From Basidiobolus meristosporus CBS 931.73 (taxonomy: Eukaryota; Fungi; Basidiobolomycota): 64,000 nt of DNA. Location: NCBI GenBank assembly GCA_002104905.1, contig MCFE01000248.1, forward strand, positions 1-64,000, read 5' to 3'. Shown piece by piece: positions 62,904 through 64,000 of the stretch (its first letter is position 1; each line of letters begins with the position of its first letter). The notes below the pieces were generated by a model. It made no database searches and was not told the origin of the DNA. It saw only the letters and a list, made by a program, of their open reading frames with translations. The translations under genes were made by a program, and so were the position numbers.

Positions 62904-64000
62904 TTACACAGGGCTCTTCTGGAGGTGTTGGTAGAGTGCCGGGTTGCTGTGCCTGAGATGGCCCAGGAGGGAGCTCTTCGCCTCCGGCTTTTTCGCCTGG
63001 TGGAGACGATTTAACAAGGCCTGTAGGACCTTGATATTGGGCTGAATCCCGCACTGGTCCATTTCGTGGGTGATCACAGCGACCGCGTCGTTGTGTCTCC
63101 CTATGGAGCACAATAGGAAAATGTAGGTGTTGTAGAGGTCGACGGTCACTCGACCCCTTAGCTGCCGCTTCAAAGAATCCCAATACCGACTCAAGGCGAG
63201 TTGGTCGCTCTGATCTCGCGTGGAATCGTAGTATGAATGTAACATCACCGAGGCCGAAGGTGTGATATCCTCAGCAGGATCACTACTCGCCAGGATCAGC
63301 TCCCATAGCCTGGTGACTTCATCATGTTGACCTTGGCAGGCGTGACATTTCATGAGGGTGGTATACACATGATTGTTGGGGACCAATCCTGCGGACCGCA
63401 TCTCCTCGTACATCTTGATCACCGTCTCGTTATCACCTTGCTTGAGATAGGCGTTCATAAGAATGTTGTAGGTCTGGCTCGTCGGCGGTACCTCCACCTT
63501 CATCTGTTCCAGAAGCTCCCGAGCCTTGTGGAAATTAAGATCTCTACCGTAGCCATCGATGAGAGTATTGAAGAGGGTGACGTTGGGCGGGATGCCCCTC
63601 CGTCTCATCTCTTCGAACAAGCTGGTCGCCTTGTCCATGTCACCATTTCTGCTGTAGGCGAGAATCAGCATCCCGTAGGTGTAGATATCGGGCTGAAGAC
63701 CATCGAGCAGAAGCTCCGAATACTTGGCCATCACATAATCAAACCGGTTCATCCGAGTAAACGCTAGAATCAGAGCATTGAACGTGGTGATGTCTAGGGG
63801 CACCTTTAGGGCCTTCATCTCGTCGTAGATCTTCAAGATCTGCTTGATGTCCTTCGAGGTTTTCGCCAATATGTTGAACAGATAGTTGTAGGTGGCGGTG
63901 TTGGGCTGAAGCTTGCACCGGAGCATCTGTCGATAGATTTCCAACGCCATCACTGGGGACGGGTTGCGTAGGCAGGCGCTGAGAACGCCATTAACACTGC
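62904..64000 (-). CDS. P-class pentatricopeptide repeat (PPR) protein, 5' end outside the window; probably organellar RNA-binding
   Basis: At least 5 tandem ~35-aa repeats (PDIYTYGMLILAYSRNGDMDKATSLFEEMRRRGI, PNVTLFNTLIDGY, PTSQTYNILMNAY...). The frame stays open from 63953 to the window edge, and CpG content is normal. Confidence 0.9.
   Translation of the reverse strand, partial: SVNGVLSACLRNPSPVMALEIYRQMLRCKLQPNTATYNYLFNILAKTSKDIKQILKIYDEMKALKVPLDITTFNALILAFTRMNRFDYVMAKYSELLLDGLQPDIYTYGMLILAYSRNGDMDKATSLFEEMRRRGIPPNVTLFNTLIDGYGRDLNFHKARELLEQMKVEVPPTSQTYNILMNAYLKQGDNETVIKMYEEMRSAGLVPNNHVYTTLMKCHACQGQHDEVTRLWELILASSDPAEDITPSASVMLHSYYDSTRDQSDQLALSRYWDSLKRQLRGRVTVDLYNTYIFLLCSIGRHNDAVAVITHEMDQCGIQPNIKVLQALLNRLHQAKKPEAKSSLLGHLRHSNPALYQHLQKSPV

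Noticed and set aside
63324-63767. 147-aa plus-strand ORF (and overlapping 62872-63183)
   Set aside because: Antisense or alternate-frame shadow of the PPR coding sequence in GC-rich DNA; no independent motif.
1-64000. CRISPR array or prokaryotic defence system
   Set aside because: No regularly spaced repeat-spacer structure; all repeats resolve as LTRs, TIRs or decayed TE copies in a eukaryotic context.

Overview
Eukaryotic, probably fungal, sequence (inference). About 61.5 kb is a deeply nested transposon block that is strongly CpG-depleted with TpG/CpA excess. It ends at a CpG-normal host P-class PPR gene running off the right edge (62904->64000, minus). The block holds two Ty1/Copia families, each nested antiparallel into its own family, two decayed Ty3/Gypsy elements, several solo LTRs and CACTA/EnSpm transposase relics. 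Two families stand out. (i) A two-gene PHIS/Harbinger-type DNA transposon (39040-46814; AGACTTGTTC termini; 3-bp AWT target duplication; empty sites present in the window). It pairs a compact DDE transposase with a divergent accessory ORF showing an F-box-like motif and a basic C-terminal tail, and has partial copies and MITE derivatives. (ii) A very young non-autonomous LTR element (40140-43756; 804-bp LTRs differing at 2 positions; tRNA-Lys-type PBS) encoding only an intact, almost CpG-free Gag-protease, with an older sister copy of the same architecture. A split 5-bp TSD points to an internal inversion of over 10 kb. All family assignments come from motif recognition by eye; no searches were run.
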